From a virus (Duplodnaviria > Caudoviricetes), in IMG/VR virus record IMGVR_UViG_642918882_000001, positions 4,091 to 68,090 of that record: a stretch of 64,000 nt of DNA. One strand, given 5' to 3'. Made by a program: the position numbers and the translations under genes. Positions 1 through 9,791 of the stretch are shown one piece after another (the first letter of the stretch is position 1; every line of letters begins with the position of its first letter). The notes under the pieces were generated by a model that was given only the letters and a program-made list of their open reading frames with translations, was not told the origin of the DNA and made no database searches.

Positions 1-273
1 GACGATGTCGGCCGTTCGGCCCTGTTGCGCCAGCAATGCGAGACGCGGAAGTGTCTGGTGGTCGAGGGCCGGATGCAGACGTTCGTGGACCAGGCGTGCG
101 ACTGGCAGGCCGGACAGCACCAGCCCGACCGGGTAGCGGCGGCGGTGATCGCTCACGACCGTCTGCACCAGCTTGGCGGCGGCATGATGCAACTCCCGGC
201 CGGACCGACACGGAAGCCGCCGCCCGCTCCGACGTGGATGAAGCGAACGATCAAGAAGAAGGGCCTGGGCTAG
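1..273 (+). CDS. terminase large subunit, C-terminal fragment (5' end outside window)
   Basis: Frame 1 is open from base 1. The ending VVEGRMQTFVDQACDWQAGQHQPDRVAA resembles terminase nuclease-domain C-termini, and it lies upstream of RuvC and portal. Confidence 0.7.
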   Translation, partial: DDVGRSALLRQQCETRKCLVVEGRMQTFVDQACDWQAGQHQPDRVAAAVIAHDRLHQLGGGMMQLPAGPTRKPPPAPTWMKRTIKKKGLG

Positions 274-413
274 GTCTCTCGGCGACGTATCGTGCGGAGG
301 CATCCAGGCTTGGGCATGTGTGGTGCATTGGGGGAAGGGTGTCGATCACTGTCTCCCCGTCTTTGAACGGTTGACCGCACCGGCCGCAACGATCATCGGT
401 GTTCATCAGTTGC

Positions 414-665
414 CTATCTCGCATCCGAGATCTCGGCGACGTACACCGCGATCACGAAGAACTGTGGGGCACCGTTCGTGAGCCAGGCGTACTCGTCGGG
501 GATCGCGTTGACGGGACCGCAGTACGCGAGGTCGACATCGCCGAGCACGATCTCGCCGAGCGTCTCGGCCTGCATCTGGACCGCGTCCTCCGCTGCGTTC
601 CGCAGGTAGGGTCCGGCCGCCATGAGCATCTCGGGACGGAGCGGGATCCCGATCACGCACTTCAT
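414..665 (-). CDS. hypothetical protein (MKCVIGIPL...)
   Basis: ATG at 665 overlaps the RuvC stop (ATGA coupling). Confidence 0.65.
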   Translation of the reverse strand: MKCVIGIPLRPEMLMAAGPYLRNAAEDAVQMQAETLGEIVLGDVDLAYCGPVNAIPDEYAWLTNGAPQFFVIAVYVAEISDAR

Positions 666-1240
666 GCGGCCAGCTTCGCCATGACCGGCTCGAAGTGCGA
701 CGCGGGCACCGCGTCGATCGGACACCCGAGCGACCGGCACCCGATCGCCGCCAGGATCAACGCGTCAGCCTGATCGTTCCCGTCGATCTCCACGTCCGGC
801 CAGCGTTTGATCGCCGCTGCCAGCACTGCGTCCTTCTGCGCGTTCCCCTTGCCGGTCGCGTACTTCATCCGCTGCGACGGCGTGACGACGAGGACCGGGA
901 TCCCCCAGTTGACACGCGCGGCGTCGAAGATCTTCCCCCACAGCCAGTCGCGGGAATGCGTGTGCTGACCCTTCGAGCCGAACGACGGACCCTCGATGAC
1001 GATCAGGTCGCAGCCGTCCATCGCTGCCCGCACGGTGTCGGCGATCTTCTCGATCCGGCGAGACATCGCTGCGTAGCTCTTGTCGGCCGTCGGTTTCGAC
1101 TTCACCGCGTGGAGAAGGATCTCGGCCCGCACCGGCTCGTTGTCCCCGCGCGGCTCGGAACTCGTCGGCCGGGGGATCAGATCGACCCGGCAGAGTCCGG
1201 TGCTCGTCAGACTGGGATCGACGCTCAGAACGCGGGCCAT
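662..1240 (-). CDS. RuvC-like Holliday junction resolvase
   Basis: Motifs VLSVDPSLTSTG, IVIEG, KYATGKGNAQKDAV and DQADA. Start placed at ATG 1240, 6 nt after a TATTGT -10. Confidence 0.9.
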   Translation of the reverse strand: MARVLSVDPSLTSTGLCRVDLIPRPTSSEPRGDNEPVRAEILLHAVKSKPTADKSYAAMSRRIEKIADTVRAAMDGCDLIVIEGPSFGSKGQHTHSRDWLWGKIFDAARVNWGIPVLVVTPSQRMKYATGKGNAQKDAVLAAAIKRWPDVEIDGNDQADALILAAIGCRSLGCPIDAVPASHFEPVMAKLAA

Positions 1241-1246
1241 GCGATG

Positions 1247-1275
1247 ACAATACCACGGTTGTCGGGCACTTGTAC
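1247..1275 (-). promoter_or_regulatory. partial repeat cassette (operator-like spacer plus -10 only), leaderless promoter for RuvC
   Basis: Minus strand reads CCCGACAACCGTGG TATTGT CATCGC ATG. The -35 is degenerate and there is no hairpin. Confidence 0.6.
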
Positions 1276-1336
1276 CGGGATGCCTTATGGATTGGCAACC
1301 ATGTCTTGCCAATCATAAACCCCCTGTCAAGTTGGC

Positions 1337-1361
1337 GGATCCCCGTGCTCGACGGGGATCC
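1337..1361. terminator. hairpin downstream of gene 1375-1671
   Basis: GGATCCCCGT-GCTCG-ACGGGGATCC, perfect 10-bp stem. Confidence 0.55.
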
Positions 1362-1374
1362 AGCAAACTGGTGT

Positions 1375-1671
1375 CTACCGCCAACCGAGGCCGTAGAGCG
1401 GGGACTTCGGGCAATCCGTCAGGGACGACGGCTGGTACTTCCCGGCACCGGCAGGGCATTCGCACTCGGTCGTGAAGGCGAACACCTCGGCGTCCCACGC
1501 TCCGCCGAGACGCTCATCGACGGGCTGGTAGCACTTCCGGCAGACGACGCCGTCGCCGGAACCCTTGGCGGTGGCCTCGCAGCACGGGGTCAGGTAGCCG
1601 ACCATGCTGTGCTCCGGCCAATAGGCCAACTGGCCGACGCCGTCGTGGTGGAGCTTGTGGACCTCGGTCAT
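1375..1671 (-). CDS. Cys-rich hypothetical protein under repeat cassette
   Basis: Strong SD GGGAAGGGG with the cassette upstream; CC, CxxC and CxC motifs. Confidence 0.75.
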   Translation of the reverse strand: MTEVHKLHHDGVGQLAYWPEHSMVGYLTPCCEATAKGSGDGVVCRKCYQPVDERLGGAWDAEVFAFTTECECPAGAGKYQPSSLTDCPKSPLYGLGWR

Positions 1672-1676
1672 GATGA

Positions 1677-1747
1677 CCCCTTCCCGTCGGGTACTTCCCG
1701 ACTCCGGCTCGATGACACCATAATACCGACTTCTGAGGGTATGTCAA
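1677..1747 (-). promoter_or_regulatory. repeat cassette (promoter, hairpin, SD); stem variant GTCGGG/CCCGAC
   Basis: TTGACA TACCCTCAGAAGTCGG TATTAT ... GTCGGG AAGTA CCCGAC GGGAAGGGG TCATC ATG. Confidence 0.8.
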
Positions 1748-1775
1748 CCCCGACCAGCGAGGTAATATCCGCACC

Positions 1776-2111
1776 ATGGCAGACCTCGGAGAACACGTCC
1801 TCGTCGGAATCGTCTACGTGCTGGCCGTCATGCGGATCACCCGGTTGATCAACTGGGACGCGGTGCTCGACCGGCCGCGCGCGGCGCTCATCCGGTTCAC
1901 GCGAGGGAACCCGACCGTCGTGTACTTCCTGACCTGCCCGTGGTGCGTCGGATTCTGGCTCACGCTCGCGACGGCGTGGCTGCCGTTGTATGCCTCGGAT
2001 CACGCTGTGGTCCGGTACCTTGGCGTTGCGCTGGCCGCGTCGATGCTCATCGGATTGTTCGCCCCGCTCTCGGCGGACGACGACCTCGAAATGGAGGAAG
2101 ACAAGCCGTGA
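1776..2111 (+). CDS. membrane protein, DUF1360-like
   Basis: RITRLINWD...LTCPWCVGFW motif and hydrophobic segments. Confidence 0.75.
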   Translation: MADLGEHVLVGIVYVLAVMRITRLINWDAVLDRPRAALIRFTRGNPTVVYFLTCPWCVGFWLTLATAWLPLYASDHAVVRYLGVALAASMLIGLFAPLSADDDLEMEEDKP

Positions 2112-2140
2112 TCGACACCCTGGACGGATACCGTTAGCCG

Positions 2141-4045
2141 GTGGCCGCAACTCAGTCCCTCCGCCTTGTGCGTCGTCCGAAGGGCGGCAGGCCCGCCCCT
2201 TCGCGCGCTCTGACGGCGGCGTCGCAGCCGCTCCCCGACCCGTCGCAGGTGTTCTCGAAGTCGACGGGGATCAGCCGGAACTCCGACTGGCAGACCGACG
2301 CGTGGGAGGCTGTGGACCTCGTCGGCGAGCTTCGGTACTACGTCGGGTGGCGCGCGTCGTCCTGCTCCCGCTGCCGGTTGGTCGCGTCCGAACTGGACGA
2401 GAACACCGGATTGCCGACCGGCGGCATCTCCGAGGACAACACCGAGGGCGAACGCGTCCGTGAGATCGTCTCGAAGATCGCCGACGGGACACTCGGCCAG
2501 GCGGCGCTCACGAAGCGCGTGGTCGAGTGCCTCACCGTCCCCGGCGAACTGTGGATCGTCATCCTGACGCGGCCGGTCAAAGGCGCACCAGCACAGCCGG
2601 ACGGATCCGTGCGGACCCGCCAGGAGTGGTACGCGGTCAGCAAAGAGGAGATCAAGAAGTCGAACAAAGGCTCAGGCACCAACATCGTGCTGCCGACCGG
2701 CGAGGAGCACGAGTTCGTCAAGGGCACGGACATCATCTTCCGTGTGTGGATCCCCAAGCCGCGCAAAGCATCTGAACCCGACTCCCCGGTCCGCGCCGTG
2801 CTCGACTCGATCCGCGAGATCGTCCGGACGACGAAGACGATCGCGAACGCGTCGAAGTCGCGCCTGATCGGCAACGGCGTGCTGTTCGTCCCGCATGAGA
2901 TGTCCCTCCCGGCCGCTCAGGGTCCGGTGTCGGAGGTCGAAGGCGAAGAGATCGCGCCGCTCGTCGGCGAACCGGCCGTGCAGCAGTTGACGGACATGCT
3001 CTTCCAGGTCGCGGAGACGGCCGTCGAGGACGAGGACTCGCAGGCGGCGTTCATCCCGGTCATCGCCGGTGTCCCCGGCGAGCAGATCAAGGATGTCAAG
3101 CACATCCGGTTCGACAACGAGATCACCGAGGTCGCGATCAAGACGCGGAACGACGCGATCGCCCGTCTCGCCATGGGCCTCGACGTGTCGCCGGAGCGCC
3201 TGCTCGGGCTGGGATCCCAGACGAACCATTGGTCGGCATGGCAGATCTCCGACGAGGACGTGCAGCTTCACATCGCGCCGGTCATGGAGATCTTCTGCCA
3301 GGCGTTGACGGACCAGATCCTCCGCGTCACGCTCGCGCGCGAGGGGATCGACCCGTCGAAGTACGTCGTTTGGTACGACGCCTCTCAGTTGACGATCGAC
3401 CCCGACAAGAGCGACGAGGCGAAGTTCGCCTACGAGAACGGCGCGATCAACGGCGAGGCGCTGCGTAAGTACCTGGGCCTCGGCGACGACGCCGGTTACG
3501 ACTTCACCACACGCGAGGGGTGGGTCATGTGGGCGCAGGACGCGGTGTCCAAGGATCCGACGCTCATCCCCATGCTCGCGCCGCTCATCGCCGGGGTGCT
3601 CCAGCAGATCGAGTTCCCGCAGCAGCAGCAGGCCATCGACTCCGGCGGGAACGAGGACACGTCGGACGACGACAACCTGGACGACGGCGAGCATGAGCCG
3701 GACACCGAGGACGACCAGGACGACGACGGCACGCAGAAGGCTGGCCTCGAGTCCGGGATCGTGGACCTCATGGTCGACCGCGCCCTCGAACTCGTCGGGA
3801 AGCGGCGTCGCGGCCGGGACCGCGAGACGCTGGCCCGTCTGTCCGGCGTCCGCGAGCGGGACTACCACCGCTACATGGATCCGGTGCCGGAGTCTGAGGT
3901 CGATCGGCTGATGTCCGGTTGGGACTCCGCGCTGGACGACAAGATCCTGCTTCGGCTGGGCCTCGATCCCGGCACGATCCGCTCCGCCGTCCGGCGCAAG
4001 GTGATGGCCGAACTGACGAGGCCGGTGATCGACGTTGTGGCCTGA
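2141..4045 (+). CDS. portal protein
   Basis: 634 aa, between terminase and protease; NHWSAWQI motif seen in actinophage portals. Confidence 0.85.
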   Translation: MAATQSLRLVRRPKGGRPAPSRALTAASQPLPDPSQVFSKSTGISRNSDWQTDAWEAVDLVGELRYYVGWRASSCSRCRLVASELDENTGLPTGGISEDNTEGERVREIVSKIADGTLGQAALTKRVVECLTVPGELWIVILTRPVKGAPAQPDGSVRTRQEWYAVSKEEIKKSNKGSGTNIVLPTGEEHEFVKGTDIIFRVWIPKPRKASEPDSPVRAVLDSIREIVRTTKTIANASKSRLIGNGVLFVPHEMSLPAAQGPVSEVEGEEIAPLVGEPAVQQLTDMLFQVAETAVEDEDSQAAFIPVIAGVPGEQIKDVKHIRFDNEITEVAIKTRNDAIARLAMGLDVSPERLLGLGSQTNHWSAWQISDEDVQLHIAPVMEIFCQALTDQILRVTLAREGIDPSKYVVWYDASQLTIDPDKSDEAKFAYENGAINGEALRKYLGLGDDAGYDFTTREGWVMWAQDAVSKDPTLIPMLAPLIAGVLQQIEFPQQQQAIDSGGNEDTSDDDNLDDGEHEPDTEDDQDDDGTQKAGLESGIVDLMVDRALELVGKRRRGRDRETLARLSGVRERDYHRYMDPVPESEVDRLMSGWDSALDDKILLRLGLDPGTIRSAVRRKVMAELTRPVIDVVA

Positions 4046-6467
4046 ACCCGGTGAGGCGCTGAGCCGGACCATCGAGGCGGAGTGGGCCGTCGAGGATCTC
4101 TACGCGCTCGCGATCCAGCAATGGACCGGCGACGTGATGCCCTTCGTTCTGCCTGCCCTGACGGCCGCAGGCGACCACGACATGCTGCCGCCGGACATCG
4201 ACGCCGTGGTGACCGAGGGGACCGGCTTCTGGTCCAGGGTGGCCGAGAAGTTCGTGCTCCCCGGTGTCGTCGCGACGTGGTGCCTGTCCGTCGTGCAGGC
4301 GTTCCGAGGCATCACCGGGGACGACTTCCCCGCGCCGGAAGAGGTGCCGGATCCGCCGGAGATCGACCCGGCCGTGTACCGCACGATCCGGCGCTCGATC
4401 GGCGTGCTGAAGAACGAGGTCGATCACGCCATGCGAGTGGTCGAGTCGAACCTGAAGCTCCGCGCCGCGCGGGATGACTTCATCGAACGGCAGCGCCCGC
4501 GCGTGGAACGGTTCCCGGCCGAGGTCCGCGAGAAGCTCGACCTCGCGATCCAGGGGTCGGAGGCCTTCGCGCCGTCGGAGGTCCGGATGCTGGTGCAGGA
4601 CGTGATGATCCCCGGCGGCGAAGAGATGCGATCGCTCGCGCGCGAGGCCGGATACCAGGCGGCGGCGATCCAGAACGACGCCGTGCTGACGGCCGGACTG
4701 GAGTCGGCGGCGGAGTCCGAGGAGACCCTGCAGAAGGTATGGATCGCGACCATCGACGGGAAGACCCGGCCGTCGCACTGGGCCGCTGACGGCCAGCGCG
4801 CACCGATCGACGGTAAGTTCACCGTCGGCGGGGAGGACTTGTCCTTCCCGGCTGACCCGTCCGGATCACCGGCCGAGGTCAAAAACTGCCGGTGCCGGAT
4901 GGGCATCCTGGCCGAGGACGAGGAGCTGCCGGATGAAGTCGACCGGCACACCGAACGGCTCGACGGCCGGGATTCGACTGCTCGAAATCGGGCCGGGTCA
5001 CAGGCGGACGAGATCGAACGCCGACGGGAGCAGGGAAACGTACGTGCTCGGGACACCGAGGATGGACGAGGCCGTGTCGCGGCCGGAGGCTGGGCAGCAC
5101 CGAGTGAGGAGACACTGACCATGGGCGCAGACGACACCAAGGACGAGACCGAGACGTTCCGGACGTTCACGAACGCCACGCTCGCGATCCTCGGTAAGCC
5201 GACCAGCGACGGCCGGATGCTCGACAAGGACATCAAGCTCTCGTTCCGCGAGTTCCCGCTGCCGGTCATGTGGTGCAGGCAGACGACCGGCGGGCACACC
5301 GACGCGTACACCGTCGGCGTGCTGGAATCCGCCGAGGTCAAGGGCAACAAGGTCATAGGGTCCGGCTACCTGCTCAACACCGCCGAGGCCGACGAGGCGG
5401 CAGAGCAGCTTGCTCATGGCGTCACGTCCCCGTCCGTCGACCTCGCGTCGGCGAAGTGGCGCGCGACGGACGCCAAGGGCATGGAGATCACCGAGGACGA
5501 TTACCGCGCCGCGTACGACAAGGGCGAAGAGATCGACGTGGTGGTTGACGTGTACGAGGCCGAACTGACCGGCTTCACGCTCGTTGCCATCGCGGCCTTC
5601 GGCGACACCGCGCTCTCGCTCGACGCCGAGCGGTCGTCCAAGGAACCGGCTGTGGTCGCGGCGGCGGCGACGAAGTTCCGCCCGCGTGTCTACTCCGCCG
5701 AACTGTTCTCGGATCCCAAGCTGACCGAGCCGACGCGTTCCACCATGGATCCCGAGACCGGACGGATCTTCGGACACATCGCGTGCTTCGGCACGTGCCA
5801 CCGGTCGATCCAGGCTCAGTGCCTCATGGCCCCTAAGTCGCCGACGAACTACTCGCAGTTCCTCACGTCGCCGCCGGTCCTGCTCGACAACGGCGAGCGG
5901 ATCCCCGTCGGACGCCTCACCGTCGGCACCGGGCACGCTCCCGAGAACCTGTCCGGCGGTCCGGCCGTCGCGCACTACGACAACACCGGCACGTGCTTCG
6001 CGCTCGTCAACGTCGGCGAGGACGAGCACGGGATCTGGTTCTCCGGCGTCGCGGCACCGTGGGCCACGCCGGAGCAGATCGAGATGGGCCTCTCCGCGCC
6101 CCTGTCGGGCGACTGGCGGGACTTCGGTCACGGCCTCGACCTGGTGGCGGCGCTCGCCGTGAACACTCCCGGTTTCACCGCGTCCGGCCGCGATGACTCC
6201 GACGGACGGCCGGTGTCCCTGGTCGCGTCGCTCGGACCGTCCGGCGACGCGGAGGGCGGCATTTCTGGCTTCACGCTCTCCGACATCGAGGCGGCGGTGC
6301 AGCGCGCCGTGGCGCTCGCTCTCGATTCGGCGAAGAAGGCGGAGGCCGACGCCGCCGCTGCCGCGAAGGCCGACGAGTTGTTCGCCCGCGCCGTCGAGAC
6401 CGTCGGTCCTCCCCCGACCGAGGAGGACAAGCTCTCGGCCCTGCTCGATCGTGCGGCGGCACTCTGA
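4035..6467 (+). CDS. MuF-like minor head protein / capsid maturation protease fusion
   Basis: MuF motif KVWIATIDGKTRPSH...ADGQ...NCRC followed by a protease-like region; lies between portal and capsid. Confidence 0.85.
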   Translation: MWPEPGEALSRTIEAEWAVEDLYALAIQQWTGDVMPFVLPALTAAGDHDMLPPDIDAVVTEGTGFWSRVAEKFVLPGVVATWCLSVVQAFRGITGDDFPAPEEVPDPPEIDPAVYRTIRRSIGVLKNEVDHAMRVVESNLKLRAARDDFIERQRPRVERFPAEVREKLDLAIQGSEAFAPSEVRMLVQDVMIPGGEEMRSLAREAGYQAAAIQNDAVLTAGLESAAESEETLQKVWIATIDGKTRPSHWAADGQRAPIDGKFTVGGEDLSFPADPSGSPAEVKNCRCRMGILAEDEELPDEVDRHTERLDGRDSTARNRAGSQADEIERRREQGNVRARDTEDGRGRVAAGGWAAPSEETLTMGADDTKDETETFRTFTNATLAILGKPTSDGRMLDKDIKLSFREFPLPVMWCRQTTGGHTDAYTVGVLESAEVKGNKVIGSGYLLNTAEADEAAEQLAHGVTSPSVDLASAKWRATDAKGMEITEDDYRAAYDKGEEIDVVVDVYEAELTGFTLVAIAAFGDTALSLDAERSSKEPAVVAAAATKFRPRVYSAELFSDPKLTEPTRSTMDPETGRIFGHIACFGTCHRSIQAQCLMAPKSPTNYSQFLTSPPVLLDNGERIPVGRLTVGTGHAPENLSGGPAVAHYDNTGTCFALVNVGEDEHGIWFSGVAAPWATPEQIEMGLSAPLSGDWRDFGHGLDLVAALAVNTPGFTASGRDDSDGRPVSLVASLGPSGDAEGGISGFTLSDIEAAVQRAVALALDSAKKAEADAAAAAKADELFARAVETVGPPPTEEDKLSALLDRAAAL

Positions 6468-6673
6468 TGGGGTGCAACTGCAACTCGGGCCGGAAGCGCC
6501 GCGAGGCTCTCGCCGCCGGTAATCCGATCCTCGGGTATCGCGTGATCCTGCCGGACGGGACGATCACGCCGCCGGAGGACAAACCGCCGCTGTTCTCTCA
6601 GATCGAGGCCCGCGCCGTGGTTCGTCAGGCCGGTGGCGGCACGACGCGGGAGATCCGGCAGAACCCGGTCTAG
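6467..6673 (+). CDS. small hypothetical protein (MGCNC...)
   Basis: TGATG coupling to the upstream gene. Confidence 0.7.
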   Translation: MGCNCNSGRKRREALAAGNPILGYRVILPDGTITPPEDKPPLFSQIEARAVVRQAGGGTTREIRQNPV

Positions 6674-6680
6674 TGGGTTT

Positions 6681-6744
6681 CCTCTCCCGGCGGGTCAATA
6701 CCGCCTCACGTCCTTGACAATACCACATACGTCGGGGTTGTCAA
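6681..6744 (-). promoter_or_regulatory. gene-less (orphan) repeat cassette, antisense to head genes
   Basis: TTGACA ACCCCGACGTATGTGG TATTGT ... GGCGG TATTGAC CCGCC GGGAGAGG AAACCCACTAG, with no start codon after the SD. Confidence 0.7.
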
Positions 6745-6852
6745 ATTCCTGCACCGCCGTTCTCTACGGTTCCGTCCTGAGAGTTCCTGAACTGGCTGCG
6801 GGCCGGGGAGCGATCGACCGAACGTCCAGTTGACGCTACATAGGAGACCCCC

Positions 6853-8868
6853 GTGGATCCCTTCGAGTTGCCGGAAGACCTTTCGGCCATCGCGACCACC
6901 GCCGAACTGACCGCCCTGCGCGATCAGGCACAGGCCGAGATCACGGTGCTCACCGCCCGCCACGCCGCCAAGGAGAAGCTGTCTCCCGAGGACGTGAAGC
7001 GGCTGGAGTACCTGCTCGACTCGGTCGACAAGATCAATCCCGCCATCGCCGACCGTCAGGCCGAGGAGGGTCAGCACGCCGCCGACCTCGACTCCCTGAT
7101 CTCCCGCGCGACCAAGAAGCCGGAGCCGGAGGCACCCGCCGACAACGCTCCCGAGGCCGGACCCGAGGACGAGGACGAAGGTGACGACGACGGCGGAGAC
7201 ACCGCCGACGACGCCGCCGACGAGTCGGCCGACGAGAAGGATCCCGCGCTGGTCGCCGCTGGCAAGAACGGCAAGCGGCCGATCCAGTTCAAGGGCGGCG
7301 ACGACGCTCCGCCCGCCGGATCCCCGACCGGCAACTCCCCCGCGTGGGAGATGCTCCCGTCGGCACCCGGTTACGTGGAAGGCCCCGTCGGCTTCCGCGA
7401 GATCGCGCTGGGCATCGACTCGGTCAAGGTCGGCAGCCGTTCGGGCCTCCAGCCCACCGGCACCCGTGGCCGCTTCGCCACGCAGGCGCTCGCACGCCTG
7501 AAGCGCGAGGTCACGCCGGTCAACGACTCGCACGCCCTGGTGGCGGCGATCGAGAAGGCCACGTCCGAGGTACCGGGACACGGCAAGGTGGACGCCAAGG
7601 CGCTCACTGCGGCCGGTGGCTGGTGCGCTCCGTCGGAGCAGCTGTACGACTTCTGCGACGTGCCGGAGCCGACCGACCTGATCTCGCTCCCCGAGATCAC
7701 CGTCAACCGTGGCGGCATCCGTTGGCCGGTCGAGCCGGACGTGTCCGAGCTGCTCACCAACTACGCGTTCCAGTTCTACTTCACCGAGACGCAGTTGGAG
7801 GCTGAGGACGGCGACGGCAACCCGACCGCCGTCAAGGAACTCATCGAGATCCCGTGCCCCGACGAGTTCCAGGAGCTTCGCCTGAACGCCATCGGTTACG
7901 GCGTCAAGGCGGGCATCCTCCAGGATCAGGGCTGGCCGGAACTCACTGAGTGGTTCCTGCGGACCTTCGCCGGTGCCCACCTGCGCGGTGTCTCCTGGCG
8001 GACGATCAACGACATGGTGGCCGGGTCCGGCTCGCCCATCCTGTTCAACGCCGCCAACTCGATCGGCGCGGTGTCGTCGTTCCTCAACTCGCTGGCCCTG
8101 GCCGCGACCAACCTGCGTGTGAAGCGCGGGCTGCGTCGTGACGCGACCATCGAGGGCGTCGCGCCGTCGTGGATCCACGAAGTGATCCGCGCCGACCTCG
8201 CCATGATGGAGGGCAAGGACACCAAGGCGGTCTCGGACGCCGAGATCACCGGGTGGCTGACCGCCCGCAACATCTACCTCCAGTACGTCGCCGACTGGCA
8301 GTCGCGCGGCGCTGGTCAGCCTGGCAACCTGAACACCACTCAGTGGCCGGGGACCGTCAACGTCCTGCTCTACCCGGCAGGCACGTGGTTCCGCGCCATG
8401 AACCCGGTGATCACGCTGGGCACCATGTACCCGCTGGAGCAGTTGGTGCTCAACCGGTTCACCCGGTTCTTCACCGAGGACGCGATCATGGTCGGCAAGC
8501 GGTGCAACGACTCCATCAACGTGCAGATCCCGATCTGCGCGAACGGTGCGATCGGTGCGCGCGAGTCGATCACCTGCCCGTCGTTCGACCCCGGCGACAA
8601 CACCTTCAGCTTGACGATCACCGCGACCGGTGGTCAGTACAAGTTGAAGTCGGAGACGCTGGACGCCTCGACGGCCGACATCGCGTACAACGCCGACAAC
8701 GCGACCATCAAGGCCGCTCTCGTCGCGCTGGACGACGGCTTCAAGGCTGCCGACTTCGACGTGACCGGCACCAGCCCGAAGAGCATCAAGGCTCCCAAGG
8801 AACTGGGCACGATCACGGCGGTCGACGGCACCACTCCGCCGTCGGGCGGCACGGTCACGGTCGCGTAG
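6853..8868 (+). CDS. major capsid (hexamer) protein
   Basis: 671 aa with a scaffold-like N-terminus, LTAAGGWCAPSE motif and SD AGGAG. Confidence 0.85.
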   Translation: MDPFELPEDLSAIATTAELTALRDQAQAEITVLTARHAAKEKLSPEDVKRLEYLLDSVDKINPAIADRQAEEGQHAADLDSLISRATKKPEPEAPADNAPEAGPEDEDEGDDDGGDTADDAADESADEKDPALVAAGKNGKRPIQFKGGDDAPPAGSPTGNSPAWEMLPSAPGYVEGPVGFREIALGIDSVKVGSRSGLQPTGTRGRFATQALARLKREVTPVNDSHALVAAIEKATSEVPGHGKVDAKALTAAGGWCAPSEQLYDFCDVPEPTDLISLPEITVNRGGIRWPVEPDVSELLTNYAFQFYFTETQLEAEDGDGNPTAVKELIEIPCPDEFQELRLNAIGYGVKAGILQDQGWPELTEWFLRTFAGAHLRGVSWRTINDMVAGSGSPILFNAANSIGAVSSFLNSLALAATNLRVKRGLRRDATIEGVAPSWIHEVIRADLAMMEGKDTKAVSDAEITGWLTARNIYLQYVADWQSRGAGQPGNLNTTQWPGTVNVLLYPAGTWFRAMNPVITLGTMYPLEQLVLNRFTRFFTEDAIMVGKRCNDSINVQIPICANGAIGARESITCPSFDPGDNTFSLTITATGGQYKLKSETLDASTADIAYNADNATIKAALVALDDGFKAADFDVTGTSPKSIKAPKELGTITAVDGTTPPSGGTVTVA

Positions 8869-8883
8869 CGGTCGTCCCCGATC

Positions 8884-8930
8884 TAGGCGGGCGGCGTGGA
8901 CAACTCCGAGGTGTTCACGCCGTCCGCCTA
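8884..8930 (+). terminator. long hairpin after the major capsid gene
   Basis: TAGGCGGGCGGCGTGGACA-N9-TGTTCACGCCGTCCGCCTA. Confidence 0.7.
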
Positions 8931-8966
8931 CCGTTATGCCTGCCCGCCCTGTAGGAGGATGACCGT

Positions 8967-9776
8967 ATGACGAGTGCAACCGCGCTGCTGCCGATTCAGT
9001 TCGACGCACCGCTGCTCAATCCGGCACCTGTGGGCCTGCTCGCCGCAACGTCGTGGACCGATGTCGACGGCCCTGAACGGCACCTGGCCGGGGTGGACAT
9101 CAACGTCTACAACTTCGGCGGCGACGAGTCGTTCGGCGTCTGGGGAGCCGACTGGTGCGCGTCGCCGGAGGATCTCACCGAGGACGACGTGAAGGAAGCG
9201 GCCGACCGCCCTGCGTGGCCGGACGCCTTCGAGGCTATGACCGTGTGGGCACGTGACCGCTGTGACCTGACCAGGGCGTCGCGGGACGACGTGAACAAGC
9301 GCGTCCAGCAGATCATTCGCCTGCGGCTGTCGCACGCCGCCGAGCGTGAGTTCGCGACCAGGTTGCTCGCGGACATCACCACGCCGGACGACGTGGCGGA
9401 CATCGTCGCTGCCGTGTCGGAACTGGAGTCCGACCTCGCCGACGAGGGGATCATCGGTATCCTGCACGCTCCGGTGAAGTTCGCCGCCATCGCCATGGAG
9501 AAGGGCCTGGCAGCGCGGACGACCGGCGGCATTCTCCGCTCGCCGCTCGGGCACCAGTGGGTGTTCGGGGCCGGTTACCGGACCGTACTCGGTGACCAGA
9601 TCGTCGCCACGTCTCCCACATTCGGATGGCGTGGACCGATCCACCTGCGGGACAACATCCACTTCGAGCACAACGTCTACAACGCGATCGCGGAGCAGAC
9701 GTTGGTGATCGGGTACGAAGACCTCATCAGCGCGGTCGACGTTGTTGGTGCTCCGGACCCCGAGCCGGAACCCTGA
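8967..9776 (+). CDS. putative capsid pentamer protein
   Basis: Follows the major capsid gene as in cluster B phages; LRSPLGHQWVFGAGY motif. Confidence 0.65.
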   Translation: MTSATALLPIQFDAPLLNPAPVGLLAATSWTDVDGPERHLAGVDINVYNFGGDESFGVWGADWCASPEDLTEDDVKEAADRPAWPDAFEAMTVWARDRCDLTRASRDDVNKRVQQIIRLRLSHAAEREFATRLLADITTPDDVADIVAAVSELESDLADEGIIGILHAPVKFAAIAMEKGLAARTTGGILRSPLGHQWVFGAGYRTVLGDQIVATSPTFGWRGPIHLRDNIHFEHNVYNAIAEQTLVIGYEDLISAVDVVGAPDPEPEP

Positions 9777-9791
9777 GATAGGAGATAGCAA

